From the NCBI GenBank assembly GCA_963729895.1, contig CAVSQB010000007.1:1-64000 (forward strand): 64,000 nucleotides of DNA, read 5' to 3'. Made by a program: the position numbers and the translations under genes. This document shows, piece after piece, positions 1 through 10,040 of the stretch (its first letter is position 1; each line of letters begins with the position of its first letter). The notes beneath the pieces were generated by a model. The model was given only the letters and a program-made list of their open reading frames with translations. It was not told where the DNA came from and searched no databases. Origin of the DNA: an uncultured Fibrobacterota bacterium (GTDB taxonomy: Bacteria; Fibrobacterota; Chitinivibrionia; Chitinivibrionales; FEN-1185).

Positions 1-51
1 CGAAGAAAAGGAAGAAATAAGTTTCTTTCTTCTCACAACACGAAGGTCGGC

Positions 52-84
52 AAAGCGGGTGGGCACAGTGCCTGCCCGCTTTTT
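52..84 (+). terminator. Rho-independent terminator of the upstream gene (stop TAA at 18-20)
   Basis: aaagcgggtgggca-cag-tgcctgcccgc-ttttt: GC stem followed by a T run. Confidence 0.7.
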
Positions 85-302
85 GTTTCTTAGGTGTCGT
101 CTCCCGCGTCGTTATAGGGCATAACAGTTGCACGGCGGCGTGGCATTGTTTAATTTTATTCCGCACCGCACAAGCAATCCGTGGCATCGAGTGAGCCGGG
201 AGCCCTCCCGCAACGCCCGCCGCCAATGCATGCCGCACAGCCTCTGCGCGCGAGGCCAGAGAGAGCTGTCACTGCTGGGTGTAATACCTCGTTGTAAAGG
301 TC

Positions 303-2489
303 ATGAAAGAATACTCCAAATACATTGTCGACACCTGGAACATTTCCGAGGCGCTCGCAAAAGAACTGTGCGAATGCTACGAAAAGGGATACTCGCCCTA
401 TTACTGTGCCGATTACCGGCCTGCCGTGGCCGTTGAACTCGACGCCGCCGGCGTGTGGGTCGTCTACGATTTTCTCCGCAAGATGGCCGAGCTTTCACCC
501 AAGAAGAAACGGCTTCTCAACGCGCTCAAGAAGAACGGCAAGCTTACGGCCGACCTCGAGAAGCGCATCGTGCACGGCACGAATTCCTTTGAACTCGACG
601 ACATGCTGCTGCCGGAGCGGCTCAACCCCAGGAGCAAGGGCCAGCTCGCCCTCAAGAAGGGACTTGGCGAATGCGCCGATGCCATTCTGGCGCATCAGGA
701 CGGCGCCGTTCCGCTCGACGATATTATTGCGCCCTTTATCGGGAAAGATCCGTCCCTTGCAACGGGTGACGACGTCATTGCAAATGTCAAAGACATCGTT
801 GCAGAGCGGTTCGCCTACGACGAAACGGCGCGCACCATGGTGCGGGAATTCATGTACGACGATGGTTTCTTTGAGGTAGTTCCCAAAGGCAAGGCGGCGG
901 ACGAACTCTCGCGCTTTGTGGGGAAACAGGTCGCGGTGCACGAGGTGTCGAAGGAAGAACTCCTCATGCTCCTGTCCGCCGAGGACAGGAAGGTAGCTCG
1001 CGTCAAGTTGAACGTCCAGCTTTTCCGTATCACCGAGCTGCTCAAACACCATTTTGTCGTCAATCCGGATTCTTCCGGTTTTTCCCTTATCAGCGAGGCC
1101 ATCGACGACAGTTGGATCCGGCTTTTGCAGCCCATTGCGGAGCGCGACGTTAAAGAACGGCTGCGCGCCGAGGCGGAAGACTGGGCGGTGGGCGTTGTTC
1201 GGCAGTCTTTACAGAAGCAACTTGTGCAGGAAGGCGAGGAGAAAGCATGCATCGCCTGCGGCATGCCCGACAAGAAGGCCTTTGCGGTGGTGGCCTGCAA
1301 CGACCGGGGCCGCCTGTACGGCGCCGCAGTGGAAAAGAGGATCGTTGCGGACAAACCGGCCGTCAGCGAACGGCTCAGGCAGTTTGTGCTGCGCTACAGG
1401 CCCGAGCGGATTGTCGTTGCCGATAACGAAAATGCGGGTTCGGCGGAAGCGATCATCGCCGTGTCGCTGGAGGCGGCCGGGGCGCGGCCGGAAGTCGTAC
1501 GCGTAAAGCCGGCGGAACGCCGGCCCGATATTGCGACCTCCGCCTGGATGAAGAAGGAATTCGCCGACCTTGAAGAACCCATGCAGCGCGTGTTTGGTGC
1601 GGCCATCGGCTATTTGCAGCCCTTGAGGCTCGTGCCCAGAATCGGGGCCGAGTATTTCTCCCTGCACCCGCTGCAGCGGTGCGTTTCTCCGGCCCGCCTT
1701 GCCGAATGCGTCGACCGGATCACGACCGGCATGGTTCTGGAGCGGGGGGTCCCGGCGCATGAACTGGGCGCTGCGCTCACGGCCGTCAACCTTGAACCGT
1801 TTATACATGAAGCTACAAAAAAGGAGATCATCGCGCACGGGCAAAAGACGCCGCTTGCGTCCAAAGACGATCTGCTCAAGGTGCCCGGCATCAGCGAGGG
1901 CGAGTTTAAGAGCCTGGCCGGATATGTGCTTGTGTCAACGGCCGATTTTGCGCTTGACCGCACCATGGTCCATCCCGACCATTTTTCGTGGATCGCGAAA
2001 ATGTGCGACCAGCTGCAGCTCCCGCCGGAGGCGCTTGTCAACAATCCCGAGGCGGTGCGGTCGTTCCCCGAGCCGGATTTTGCGAAAAAACTGTTCATCG
2101 AGAAGAAGCTCGTGGGACAATTTGCTGCGGGCCAGCGGTTCGGCGCGCTCGCCTTCACCAAGTCCAAGCGCAAGCTCAAACTCACCGAGATCGAAGAAGG
2201 ATCGGTGGTGAGCGGCCGGGTGACCAACATAACGCCGTTCGGCGTGTTTGTCAATATCAACGCGGTGTGCGACGGCCTCATCCACATCTCCCAGCTTGCG
2301 GACACCTATGTCGAATCGGCCGATCAGGTCGTCAGCGTTGGTGACGTGGTGAACGTCCGCATTCTCAGGGTGGATGTCAAGAAACGCAGAATATCGCTGT
2401 CGATGAAGGGGCTTGGCCACCAGGGCCCCAAGGTTTCTCCCTCCAAGCGCCAGCTCACCGATCTGGCGAGCCATTTTCAGAACCGCTAA
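303..2489 (+). CDS. Tex-like RNA-binding transcriptional accessory protein (Tex_N, HhH, C-terminal S1 domain), divergent
   Basis: 728 aa; N-terminal YCADYRP/ELDDMLLP pattern, HhH LLKVPGIS, LDRTMVHPDH, S1 domain GRVTNITPFGVFVNI...DGLIHISQL...RRISLSMK. Confidence 0.85.
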   Translation: MKEYSKYIVDTWNISEALAKELCECYEKGYSPYYCADYRPAVAVELDAAGVWVVYDFLRKMAELSPKKKRLLNALKKNGKLTADLEKRIVHGTNSFELDDMLLPERLNPRSKGQLALKKGLGECADAILAHQDGAVPLDDIIAPFIGKDPSLATGDDVIANVKDIVAERFAYDETARTMVREFMYDDGFFEVVPKGKAADELSRFVGKQVAVHEVSKEELLMLLSAEDRKVARVKLNVQLFRITELLKHHFVVNPDSSGFSLISEAIDDSWIRLLQPIAERDVKERLRAEAEDWAVGVVRQSLQKQLVQEGEEKACIACGMPDKKAFAVVACNDRGRLYGAAVEKRIVADKPAVSERLRQFVLRYRPERIVVADNENAGSAEAIIAVSLEAAGARPEVVRVKPAERRPDIATSAWMKKEFADLEEPMQRVFGAAIGYLQPLRLVPRIGAEYFSLHPLQRCVSPARLAECVDRITTGMVLERGVPAHELGAALTAVNLEPFIHEATKKEIIAHGQKTPLASKDDLLKVPGISEGEFKSLAGYVLVSTADFALDRTMVHPDHFSWIAKMCDQLQLPPEALVNNPEAVRSFPEPDFAKKLFIEKKLVGQFAAGQRFGALAFTKSKRKLKLTEIEEGSVVSGRVTNITPFGVFVNINAVCDGLIHISQLADTYVESADQVVSVGDVVNVRILRVDVKKRRISLSMKGLGHQGPKVSPSKRQLTDLASHFQNR

Positions 2490-2554
2490 CCTTCCTTCCT
2501 TTTCAGTTTTCGTTAATTTCAATTTTGTCCCTTGTGGGGGAAGTATCCCCCTAG

Positions 2555-3866
2555 CAGGGTGTTGAAAAAGTCTCCCTTTTGTAAACATTTATCCTTATAT
2601 TATAGGGGAACCCCAACCAAGGAGTATTGATGAGAGGTTCCCAGCCAGCCCAAGGCGGTATGTTCAGCTTCGTTTCTCCGGATTCCCGAGTGCCGGCAAC
2701 GCACCCGCTTCGTCGTGTCAAACAGTTTACGGACATAGCGCTGCGCCGCCTTTCTCGTGACTTTGAGGCGATGTACAGCCGGATGGGACGCCCTTCGATA
2801 CCGCCGGAATGGCTTTTGAAAGCACAGATATTGATGGCTTTGTTTTCGATACGGTCGGACCGGTTGTTTTGCGAGATGCTGGACTATAACATTCTGTTCC
2901 GATGGTTTCTTGACATGGATCTGGATGCGGCATCGTTTGATCATAGTGTGTTTTCGAAGAACCGAGATCGACTTATGGAACAGGAGATTGCGCACCGGCT
3001 GATGCAGGAAATCGTGCGTCTTGCTCGTTCCGAAGAGTTGTTGTCCGATGAGCATTTCACGGTTGACGGCACGTTGATTGAAGCCTGGGCATCGATGAAG
3101 AGCTTCAAGCGAAAAGACGCGGAATCGGCGAACAAGACTGACGATGATCGGAGTAATCCGTCGGTTGATTTCCACCATGAGAAGCGAAGCAATGAGACAC
3201 ATCAGAGTTCGACCGATCCAGAGGCGCGGTTGGCTCGGAAGAACAAGAGAACGGGAGCGCAGCTGGCGTATTCCGGTCACGTGCTGATGGAAAACCGAAA
3301 TGGGTTGTGTGTTGATATCGCCATTGCGCCAGCGACGGGGACAGCGGAACGGGATATGGCGCTTGAGCTGATAAAGCATGAACGCAGGCGCGGAAAACGC
3401 CGGATGAAGACGGTGGGTGCAGACAAAGGGTATCATGCAACCGAATTTATCAAGAGCCTGCGACGCCTGCACGTGAAGCCTCACATTGCCGAGAAGGCCA
3501 ACACTTCGCTTAAAGGGTTGGATGGAAGAACGACTCGGCATAAGGGATACAGCGTAAGTCAAAGGAAACGAAAACGGGTTGAAGAGATATTTGGGTGGAT
3601 CAAGAGCGTCGGTGGCCTGCGGAAAACTCGGGTAAGAGGAATACGAATCAACCAGACTGTTGCCTACGTGGTTGCCGCAGCGTACAACTTGATACGCATG
3701 GTTAAGTTGATGCCGCAAACGGTGGGGGCAGCATGAGAATGGCCTGGGAATCCGGGGAAATGCCTCGGAACGAGGCAGGTAAAACCTCTCTGACATATGT
3801 AAAGTTGAAGTTAGGTTCATAAAAAATCAACAAGAGCGCTTCTGTTAGGACTATTTCAACAACCTG
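2555..3866 (+). mobile_element. IS5-family insertion sequence
   Basis: 18-bp IRs cagggtgttgaaaaagtc (2555-2572) and gactatttcaacaacctg (3849-3866), 16/18 match; CTAG direct repeat at 2551-2554 and 3867-3870. Confidence 0.92.
2627..3736 (+). CDS. IS5-family DDE transposase
   Basis: 369 aa; VPATHPLR, GRPSIPPE, VDGTLIEAWAS, GADKGY, RKRVEEIFGW motifs. Confidence 0.93.
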   Translation: MMRGSQPAQGGMFSFVSPDSRVPATHPLRRVKQFTDIALRRLSRDFEAMYSRMGRPSIPPEWLLKAQILMALFSIRSDRLFCEMLDYNILFRWFLDMDLDAASFDHSVFSKNRDRLMEQEIAHRLMQEIVRLARSEELLSDEHFTVDGTLIEAWASMKSFKRKDAESANKTDDDRSNPSVDFHHEKRSNETHQSSTDPEARLARKNKRTGAQLAYSGHVLMENRNGLCVDIAIAPATGTAERDMALELIKHERRRGKRRMKTVGADKGYHATEFIKSLRRLHVKPHIAEKANTSLKGLDGRTTRHKGYSVSQRKRKRVEEIFGWIKSVGGLRKTRVRGIRINQTVAYVVAAAYNLIRMVKLMPQTVGAA

Positions 3867-3976
3867 CTAGTGCGTGCAGTCGCAGGCATCAACACCTGTG
3901 CGGGGGCACCTAGAAACGAAGATGGCAGTTGACTGTTGAAAGTCCTGTGACTGCAGGGTAAGGACAGTAGGGTTAT

Positions 3977-4103
3977 TTCTTGGTTTTTGCGTTAGGCAGG
4001 ACCGCAGGGTGCTCTGGAGAGCAGTGCCGGCCGACCCCGCCGAAGGCATAGGGGCGATCCGGCACCGAGGCCATTCGGCCGAGCCCGGAGGGAGGGCCGC
4101 CCG
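3977..4103 (-). repeat. Copy R0 of the dispersed modular repeat family (GC-rich module B only)
   Basis: Near-identical to 19448-19575 (tttttgcgttaggcaggaccg...gccgaaggcataggggcgatccggca...cgagcccggagggagggccg); related to 33194-33341. Confidence 0.85.
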
Positions 4104-4140
4104 TTTGTGGAGTCGCATAGAAATGCGGCTCCACAAACGG
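4101..4140. terminator. Strong hairpin downstream of argS, possible terminator
   Basis: ccgtttgtggagtcgcat-agaa-atgcggctccacaaacgg, 18-bp stem; no clear U tract. Confidence 0.5.
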
Positions 4141-4170
4141 GAACGCCCAGCTGATTCGCCTTTGGAAATA

Positions 4171-5847
4171 TTACATTCTCTCCGGCGCGGAAACGCCGAG
4201 CAGATCCAGCCCGAGCTTTATCACATTCCTCACGCCGCAGGTGAGTAGCAGTCTCGCGTATGACAAGGGCCTGTTGTCCGTCACGATGCGGTGCTTTTGG
4301 TAAAATACATGGAACTCGGCGGCAAACACTTCGAGAAACGCGGTGATGCGCTGCGGCTCGACGAAGAGCGCCGTTTGTATCAGGAGGGTGGGAAATTCCG
4401 CAATGCGCTTCATGAGGTCGAGCTCTTCCGGAGTCGTGAGCAACGGCGGTGCGGCCGAGGCGATATCGCCGTCTGCAAAGCCCTGCTGCCGGGCGTGCGC
4501 GAGGAGGCTGCAGGTGCGGGCGTGGGCGTACTGGACATAGTACACCGGGTTTTCGTCGCTTTGTGTGGCGGCAAGGGTCATGTCGAAGTCGAAGTGGCTC
4601 GACAGGCGGCGCATAAGAAAGAAATATCGCATGGCGTCAACGCCGACTTCGTCGAGCAGGTCGGCCATGGTAACGAAATCGCCTTTGCGTTTCGACATGC
4701 GGAAAGGCTGGCCGTCGCGTATGAGGTTCACCTGCTGGATAATGAAGTTTCTGAAGACTGTGTTCGAAAGGCCGAGGGCCTTCACGGCCCCTTCGAGCCG
4801 GGGCAGGTAGCCGTGGTGGTCCGGGCCCCAGAACGTGTACGATTCGTCGAACGCGCGCGAGGCCTTGTGCACATGGTAGGAAAGGTCGGCCAGGAAATAG
4901 GTGGGAGAACCGTCCTGGCGGACGAGCACCCGGTCTTTTTCGTCGCCGTAACGCGTTGCGGTGAACCAGACCGCGCCTTCCTTCTCGTACACCAGGCCTT
5001 TTGTCCGCAGAAGCGACAGCGTTTTCGCCGGGGCATCCGATTTGTGAAGCTCGCTTTCGTGGAACCAGGTGTCGTAGCTGACCCCGTAGCGTGAAAGGAT
5101 TTCCTTCTGTCGCGCAATGGTGCGGGTGAGCGCCTCGGACGTGAACAGGCGCTCGGCGTCCTTTTCGGGCAGGGCTGCGACATCGGGACGGGCGGCGGCT
5201 ATTTCGGCCGCCAGGTCGCGGACATAGTCCCCTTCGTACCCGCCTTCGGGGATGGACGCTTCGCGCCCGAGGCTCTGGAGGTACCGGCACGCAATTGATT
5301 TTCCCAGGAGTTCCACCTGGTTGCCGTAGTCGTTGACGTAGTACTCGCGCTCCACGCGGTGCCCCAGCCAGGAATTGACACGTGCGACCGTGTCGCCGAT
5401 CGCGGCGGCGCGCCCGTTTACCACCACCATGGGCCCGGTGGGATTTGCGCTCACGAATTCGAACAGGATGCGCTTTGAGGGCGTCACCTGGTTGCGGCCG
5501 AACAGTTCCGGGGATTGCACCGCGCTTGAAAGAATGCCGTGCATGAACGCGGCGCTCAGCCGGAAATTGATGAACCCGCCCGCGATGGTCGACGAGAGGA
5601 ACGGATCGGGCGCCACGAAGCGGTCGTCCCAGGGAAAAGCGGACATGAGTTTTCTGGCGATGGCGACCGGGTTGTCTTTGAGGGTCTTGGCAAGCGTGAG
5701 CGCCACGGGAGAAGAAAGGTCGCCGTGCGATTTCTGCTTCGGCTTTTCGATGATAACTTCGACGCCCGCCGCCGCGGGTTCGCCGAACGCCGCTTGTACG
5801 GCGCCCTGCAGGGAAGCGGTAAGATACGCGTATACCGACTCAGGCAT
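4171..5847 (-). CDS. argS: Arginine--tRNA ligase
   Basis: EFVSANPTGP, DKDRVL..DG..TYF..D, GPDHHGY, MSKRKG, NPVYYVQYAHAR, GVSAPERM; ATG at 5847 overlaps the end of rsfS (TTG at 5877 is the alternative start). Confidence 0.96.
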   Translation of the reverse strand: MPESVYAYLTASLQGAVQAAFGEPAAAGVEVIIEKPKQKSHGDLSSPVALTLAKTLKDNPVAIARKLMSAFPWDDRFVAPDPFLSSTIAGGFINFRLSAAFMHGILSSAVQSPELFGRNQVTPSKRILFEFVSANPTGPMVVVNGRAAAIGDTVARVNSWLGHRVEREYYVNDYGNQVELLGKSIACRYLQSLGREASIPEGGYEGDYVRDLAAEIAAARPDVAALPEKDAERLFTSEALTRTIARQKEILSRYGVSYDTWFHESELHKSDAPAKTLSLLRTKGLVYEKEGAVWFTATRYGDEKDRVLVRQDGSPTYFLADLSYHVHKASRAFDESYTFWGPDHHGYLPRLEGAVKALGLSNTVFRNFIIQQVNLIRDGQPFRMSKRKGDFVTMADLLDEVGVDAMRYFFLMRRLSSHFDFDMTLAATQSDENPVYYVQYAHARTCSLLAHARQQGFADGDIASAAPPLLTTPEELDLMKRIAEFPTLLIQTALFVEPQRITAFLEVFAAEFHVFYQKHRIVTDNRPLSYARLLLTCGVRNVIKLGLDLLGVSAPERM

Positions 5848-6217
5848 GGAAACGGCCTTCGGATGCGCTTTTGTCAAGTTTGCTCCATAATTCCTCGAGG
5901 CCGTAATAGCCGCGCACCTTGGGCGTCATTACGTGGACAATCACGTCGGAATAGTCGAGGAGGATCCACATGGCGTCCTGTTCGCCTTCGGAATGCCAGG
6001 GAGAAACGCCGTGCGCCGACAGCGCATCCACGATGCCGTCGCGAATGGCCCTGTTGTGGTGCGGGTTGTCGCCGGAACATACCACAAAATAATCTGCGAT
6101 GCCGGTCTCCTGCCGGAGGTTGAGCACGACGATGTCCTCCGCTTTTTTGTCGAGCGCGGCCTCCGAAATAAGGGGAAGCAGCTCCGCGCCGTTCAGGCTC
6201 CTTCTTCTCTCGTTCAT
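5840..6217 (-). CDS. rsfS: Ribosome silencing factor RsfS (Iojap)
   Basis: DKKAEDIVVL, ADYFVVCSG, WILLDYSDVIVHVM, YYGLEELW. Confidence 0.95.
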   Translation of the reverse strand: MNERRRSLNGAELLPLISEAALDKKAEDIVVLNLRQETGIADYFVVCSGDNPHHNRAIRDGIVDALSAHGVSPWHSEGEQDAMWILLDYSDVIVHVMTPKVRGYYGLEELWSKLDKSASEGRFHA

Positions 6218-6639
6218 CGCGTACGCTCCTGGAAATCGGCTCCCACGTACACCGTGACATCGTACATTTCGTCACCGTTACGCATGAGAAAGATCGAATT
6301 TGTCTTAAGCGCTTCCGCCACCTGCCGCGCGACGGAAGAATCCTTTCTGCGCGACACGACAAGCGTTGTCTGGTAGTTGCCGGTGGGCGCGTTGCCGATG
6401 TTTTTCACGTCGAACTTCCGCTGCCGGAGGAATTCCGAAACGATGTTTGCCGCTCCATCAATTCCGCATCCGTTAAGCACCTGGATTTTTCCCACCGACG
6501 GCACCCGCTCTCCCCGGTCTTCGGATTTCTGCAGCGCCGCGTCTCCGGCCGCCGCCGGAGGCGTGTGCATTCCCGCAACCATTGCCGCTACGAGCACGGT
6601 GACGGTAACGAGGAGGATGACGACGTTTTTCACGGACAT
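6214..6639 (-). CDS. LytR C-terminal domain protein with N-terminal membrane anchor
   Basis: Hydrophobic N-terminus; IQVLNGCGIDGAA...IGNA...DVTVYVGADF. Confidence 0.85.
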   Translation of the reverse strand: MSVKNVVILLVTVTVLVAAMVAGMHTPPAAAGDAALQKSEDRGERVPSVGKIQVLNGCGIDGAANIVSEFLRQRKFDVKNIGNAPTGNYQTTLVVSRRKDSSVARQVAEALKTNSIFLMRNGDEMYDVTVYVGADFQERTR

Positions 6640-6666
6640 ACCCGCACGGGAAAATGACCCCGCAGT

Positions 6667-6999
6667 TCAGTTGTTGCCGCTCACCACGCGCGGCGTGTGG
6701 GAAGAAATCTCGTTCTCCGAAAGGGACGCAAATGTCAATACCATGATCCGGTCGCCCACCACGCCCATGCGCGCCGCAGGTCCGTTGAATTCCACGATTC
6801 CGGAGCCGCGTTTTCCCTTGATGACGTACGTGGAGAACCGGTTGCCGTTTTCAAGATTGACGACCTGCACCTCTTCGTAGGGCAGAATACCTGCCTGCTC
6901 GATGAAGTTTTCGTCGAGCGTGATGCTCCCTTCGTATTCCAGATGAGCGCCGGTGACCTTGATATCGCGGATTTTCGCTTTAAGAAAGCTTCGCAGCAT
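6667..6999 (-). CDS. panD: Aspartate 1-decarboxylase
   Basis: MLRSFLKAKI, YEGSITLD self-cleavage site, NGNRFSTYVI, NGPAAR. Confidence 0.95.
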   Translation of the reverse strand: MLRSFLKAKIRDIKVTGAHLEYEGSITLDENFIEQAGILPYEEVQVVNLENGNRFSTYVIKGKRGSGIVEFNGPAARMGVVGDRIMVLTFASLSENEISSHTPRVVSGNN

Positions 7000-7014
7000 A
7001 GAATGACTCCATCA

Positions 7015-7638
7015 TTAGAATGAAAAACAAAGGCGCAGGCCGGCCGCGGCTCCCCATGAGGTACCGGATGCCGGCCGCGTGTCCCGGTCCGCCTCAACCT
7101 CCAAGCCCATATCGATGCCGCTCCACAGCATGTCGGGAACCAGCAGGCAGAGTCCGAGCGGCATGAACCTGCGGCAATAGATACTCTGGCCCGCAAGCAG
7201 TCCCGCGCACCCGATGCCGGCGCCCGCCATGATCCAACCCCTGACGGCACGGCCCCGTTCGATCTGGCCCAGGCCGGGCAGAAAAAAGCTCCGCACCGGG
7301 GCCCATTCGACCGAAGAATGCTTTGCAAGCCGCATCGACCTGACTTCGGCGTCGGAATGCCCGGCCCTCCTCAGGCTGATGTAATCGGCCTCGGTTATCG
7401 AAAGTTCGAGCCACGGCCTGCGATAGTACTCAGATATGGAAATGCCGCTTTCCAGCAGCTGGTGCACTTTGGACAAAGGTAGTTTCATTTCCTGCACCTT
7501 TGCCCATTCCGTTTCCGACAGGCCGAGCTTCTCGTACAGGTCCTTGTCCGCCGGCGACATTGCCCATCCGGCGCCCAGGAGACCGTACAAAACCACCGCC
7601 TGAACACCGCGCCACAGAACCTTTTCCGCGTCAACCAT
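7015..7638 (-). CDS. Hypothetical exported/membrane protein
   Basis: Open frame in the panD-argS run; signal-like N-terminus and SFFLPGLGQ motif followed by hydrophobic segments; start uncertain (ORF extends to 7686). Confidence 0.65.
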   Translation of the reverse strand: MVDAEKVLWRGVQAVVLYGLLGAGWAMSPADKDLYEKLGLSETEWAKVQEMKLPLSKVHQLLESGISISEYYRRPWLELSITEADYISLRRAGHSDAEVRSMRLAKHSSVEWAPVRSFFLPGLGQIERGRAVRGWIMAGAGIGCAGLLAGQSIYCRRFMPLGLCLLVPDMLWSGIDMGLEVEADRDTRPASGTSWGAAAGLRLCFSF

Positions 7639-7785
7639 GGGTGTTTTCCGGCAAGAAAGTACCGCGCGCAGCTTCGCACCGTGCAAATCGAATCATCAAA
7701 AATACTTCATTCATCGGTGGCCTCAAAGGCGGAAAGGAAAAAGATTGATGCCCGGGGGCACGATAGCAAATCGGGTGTGTTCAAA

Positions 7786-7875
7786 GTCCCCCTCCAGATG
7801 CCCCGAAGGGGCACACGAGAGGGGATCAAGGGGTGAGTTGTGAGTTCAGGATACCTCGAACCTTGCTCGGGGTAG
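7786..7875. repeat. REP-like palindromic cluster downstream of the DUF151 gene
   Basis: tcccctc...gccccgaaggggc...gagggga and gatacctcga...ctcggggtagtc hairpins; loosely similar to the S10-operon palindromes. Confidence 0.45.
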
Positions 7876-7905
7876 TCCATTCGTCGTGAAAAAGATACGG
7901 CGGGC

Positions 7906-8481
7906 CTAATTCGATTGCGTCAATTTCTTCAGCTCATCCCTCAGCTTGGCGGCGTCTTCGTACCGTTCTTCCGAGATCGCTTTGTCGAGCTTTTGCTTGA
8001 GAGAGTCGGGGGCGGACGGTTCTGCGGGCTTTGCCTCCCGCTCTTCCGAAGATGCGGCAGTCCCCGGTTCCTGTTCGCCTGTCTCCTCGGAAAGGATGAT
8101 TCCTGCCTTGTCAAGTACTTTCTCGTCCACGTACAGGGGTGCGCCGAAACGCAGGGCCAGGCAGATGGCATCGCTCGGCCGGGCGTCGAAATCCAGGATC
8201 TTTCCCTTGAAATCGAGCACGAGCCGTGCATAAAACGTGTCGTCGATGAGGTCGGAAACCTCTACCCTCACCATCTCGCAGCCGATGGCGTCGAGCACGC
8301 TCTTGAAAAGGTCGTGGGTGAGCGGACGCGGAATTTCCACTTTGTTAATTTCCACCACGATGGACTGCGCCTGCTGGTCGTCGATAAAAATCGGCAGCGC
8401 GCGTTTGTCGGTTGCGCCTTTCAGGAAGATCACGAAGCGCTTGTTGAGAAGCGCGACATTGACGATCTCGACCGGGATCAT
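7906..8481 (-). CDS. Bifunctional nuclease family (DUF151) protein with C-terminal UVR domain
   Basis: LPIFI, PRPLTHDL, DARPSDAICLA, and UVR-like AISEERYEDAAKLRDEL. Confidence 0.9.
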   Translation of the reverse strand: MIPVEIVNVALLNKRFVIFLKGATDKRALPIFIDDQQAQSIVVEINKVEIPRPLTHDLFKSVLDAIGCEMVRVEVSDLIDDTFYARLVLDFKGKILDFDARPSDAICLALRFGAPLYVDEKVLDKAGIILSEETGEQEPGTAASSEEREAKPAEPSAPDSLKQKLDKAISEERYEDAAKLRDELKKLTQSN

Positions 8482-8586
8482 GATGGCTGCATTCGGGTTG
8501 ACGTGGAAGTGCAATACATTTTACGCAGGTAAGATACTTCATGGCACGGCGGAGGGAATCCGGGGCGGGGCGCGCAGGTTTTCCGG

Positions 8587-9873
8587 TTACAGCGGGCTCA
8601 CCTCGATGGTCTGCAACCTGTCGGGCCCCACCGACACCAGGAGCAGCGGCAGCCCGTAGCACAATTCCTGCATTCGCTGCACATACGCACGCGCCTTGGC
8701 AGGAAGATCGGCCAGCTTTCTGCAATGCGACAGGTCGGACTTCCAGCCGGGCATGGTTTGGTAGCGGGGCACCGCCTCCTGAGCGGCCCGGGCGGAGGTG
8801 GGGAAGATCTCCAGTGTCTTTCCGTCGAGTTCGTAGTGCGTGCAGATTTGAATTTCGTCAAGCGAGCTCAACACGTCGAGCTTGGTGACCGCGAGCCGGG
8901 TGAGGCCGTTGAGCCGGGCCGACCTGCGCAGCATGACGCTGTCGAACCAGCCGCACCGGCGAGGCCTGCCCGTGGTGGCGCCGAACTCGCCTCCCGCGGC
9001 GCGGATGCTTCGTCCCAGGTCGTTGTCGAGTTCGGTTGGAAACGGGCCGTTGCCCACACGCGTGGTGTACGCCTTGACGATGCCGATCACGTGATTGATG
9101 AGCGAGGGACCCACGCCGGCGCCCGTGCACGCGGCCCCCGCGATGGTGTTGGACGAGGTGACAAACGGATAGGTGCCGTGGTCTATGTCGAGAAAGGTCC
9201 CTTGCGCGCCCTCGAACAAAAGGCTCTTGCCGCCCGCAACGGCGTTGTGCAGCAGGTCGCTGGTGTCCGCGATAAACGGAAGCATCCGTTTCCGAAGCCC
9301 GCGGTATTTTTCCACGAGGTCGTCGAGTTTCAGTTCCATCGGCCGCTTGTAAAACGACAATAATTGCTTTTTGAGTTCAAAGGTCTTGGAGAGTTTTGCG
9401 GTAAACGCGTTCCAATCCAGAAGATCTCCCGCTCGTAAACCAGCGCGCGTGGCCTTGTCTGCGTACGCCGGCCCGATGCCGCGGCCCGTTGTGCCGATTT
9501 TTGCGTCCCCCTGGGCGGATTCGTGTGCGGCGTCCAGCAGCTTGTGAAAGGGGAGAACCAGATGGGCGAGATCGGACACGAACAGGCGTCCGTCAACCTT
9601 GACGTTCCTGGCCACCAGTTCGTCCACTTCCGACAGGAATTGCTCGATGTCGAACACCACGCCGTTGCTCACCACGCAGGTCTTGTCCGGGTACATGATG
9701 CCGGACGGCACGAGATGGAACACGAATTTTTCGTTGTTCGCCATGACGGTATGGCCGGCGTTGGCCCCGCCGTGAAACCGCACGATGACGTCGCAGAATT
9801 TCGAAAGGTAATCGATGACCTTTGCTTTGCCTTCGTCGCCCCACTGGGTGCCTACCACGACCGTATTCGGCAT
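8587..9873 (-). CDS. purA: Adenylosuccinate synthetase
   Basis: GTQWGDEGKAK, GGANAGHT, GTTGRGIGP, EGAQG, GATTGRPRRCGW; RBS gaggag upstream of ATG 9873. Confidence 0.97.
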   Translation of the reverse strand: MPNTVVVGTQWGDEGKAKVIDYLSKFCDVIVRFHGGANAGHTVMANNEKFVFHLVPSGIMYPDKTCVVSNGVVFDIEQFLSEVDELVARNVKVDGRLFVSDLAHLVLPFHKLLDAAHESAQGDAKIGTTGRGIGPAYADKATRAGLRAGDLLDWNAFTAKLSKTFELKKQLLSFYKRPMELKLDDLVEKYRGLRKRMLPFIADTSDLLHNAVAGGKSLLFEGAQGTFLDIDHGTYPFVTSSNTIAGAACTGAGVGPSLINHVIGIVKAYTTRVGNGPFPTELDNDLGRSIRAAGGEFGATTGRPRRCGWFDSVMLRRSARLNGLTRLAVTKLDVLSSLDEIQICTHYELDGKTLEIFPTSARAAQEAVPRYQTMPGWKSDLSHCRKLADLPAKARAYVQRMQELCYGLPLLLVSVGPDRLQTIEVSPL

Positions 9874-10040
9874 AACGGATATCTCCTCACTAAAATAAAA
9901 TACCGCTTTGAAACATGAAGCGGTATATGCAGATCGACGGTGATATATCGCCGGATAACGAATGACGGATTGCAAATAAATTACTAATTGTTAAAACAAT
10001 AGTCAATGGGATGATAGCGCCCGGTATTGTTTTTTTTGGA

